A DNA stretch of 21,576 nt, from contig MCFH01000170.1 of the NCBI GenBank assembly GCA_002104945.1, forward strand, positions 1-21,576, written 5' to 3'. Made by a program: the position numbers and the translations under genes. Origin of the DNA: Piromyces finnis finn (Eukaryota; Fungi; Neocallimastigomycota). Numbering within the stretch: position 1 is the first letter of the stretch; each line of letters opens with the position of its first letter. The notes below the pieces were generated by a model, which saw nothing but the letters and a program-made list of their open reading frames with translations, was not told the origin of the DNA and ran no database searches. Shown here one piece after another: positions 21,415-21,576 of this stretch.

Positions 21415-21576
21415 TGTTAGAATATGTGTAACGTGATAAGTTTATAATATACTATGTAATATGTGTCAAACACATTGAAATTTATTTGTACTACATTAAA
21501 TAACATAAGCCATAATTTTAAATCATATAAATACATGTAATTTCACAAATGTAAACATTAGAGTCTTTTAGAACAA
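21415..21576 (+). repeat. 3' LTR-like repeat, truncated by the window end
   Basis: tgttagaatatgtgtaacgtgataag... matches 17345 onward. Confidence 0.85.

Larger units (their letters stand above)
17345..21576 (+). mobile_element. Putative non-autonomous LTR retroelement (~4.2 kb, right end cut by the window) carrying a cellular-type gene
   Basis: Direct repeats starting TG. Polypurine tract aaggggaa (21407-21414) immediately precedes the second repeat. Tandem repeats in the 3' interior. No RT/RH/IN motifs seen and no tRNA-type PBS identified. Confidence 0.65.

Overview
Very AT-rich eukaryotic DNA, most likely an anaerobic gut fungus (Neocallimastigomycota), inferred from fungal dockerin (CBM10-type) domains and base composition. 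Left third (1-8369): an intronless virus/linear-plasmid-like island. It holds a ~1.26 kb palindrome carrying two copies of a small possibly OB-fold gene, a frameshifted poxvirus D6/D11-type (yeast linear-plasmid ORF4-type) SF2 helicase with motifs I-VI, an abutting unknown ORF and a Cys/His zinc-finger ORF. Two near-identical tRNA-headed, poly(A)-tailed SINEs with target-site duplications sit in this island, one inside an island ORF. Middle: one long secreted PI-PLC / ricin-B / dockerin gene split into four ORFs by 1-nt frameshifts, and a Cys-rich single-pass membrane protein. Right end: a pair of LTR-like direct repeats (the second preceded by a polypurine tract) enclosing no recognisable pol but a frameshifted secreted permuted NlpC/P60 (LRAT/PPPDE-like) gene. 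Repeat copies differ almost only by 1-nt indels, so many frameshifts may be sequencing noise rather than true pseudogenisation. All homology calls are from motif recognition by eye; no searches were run.
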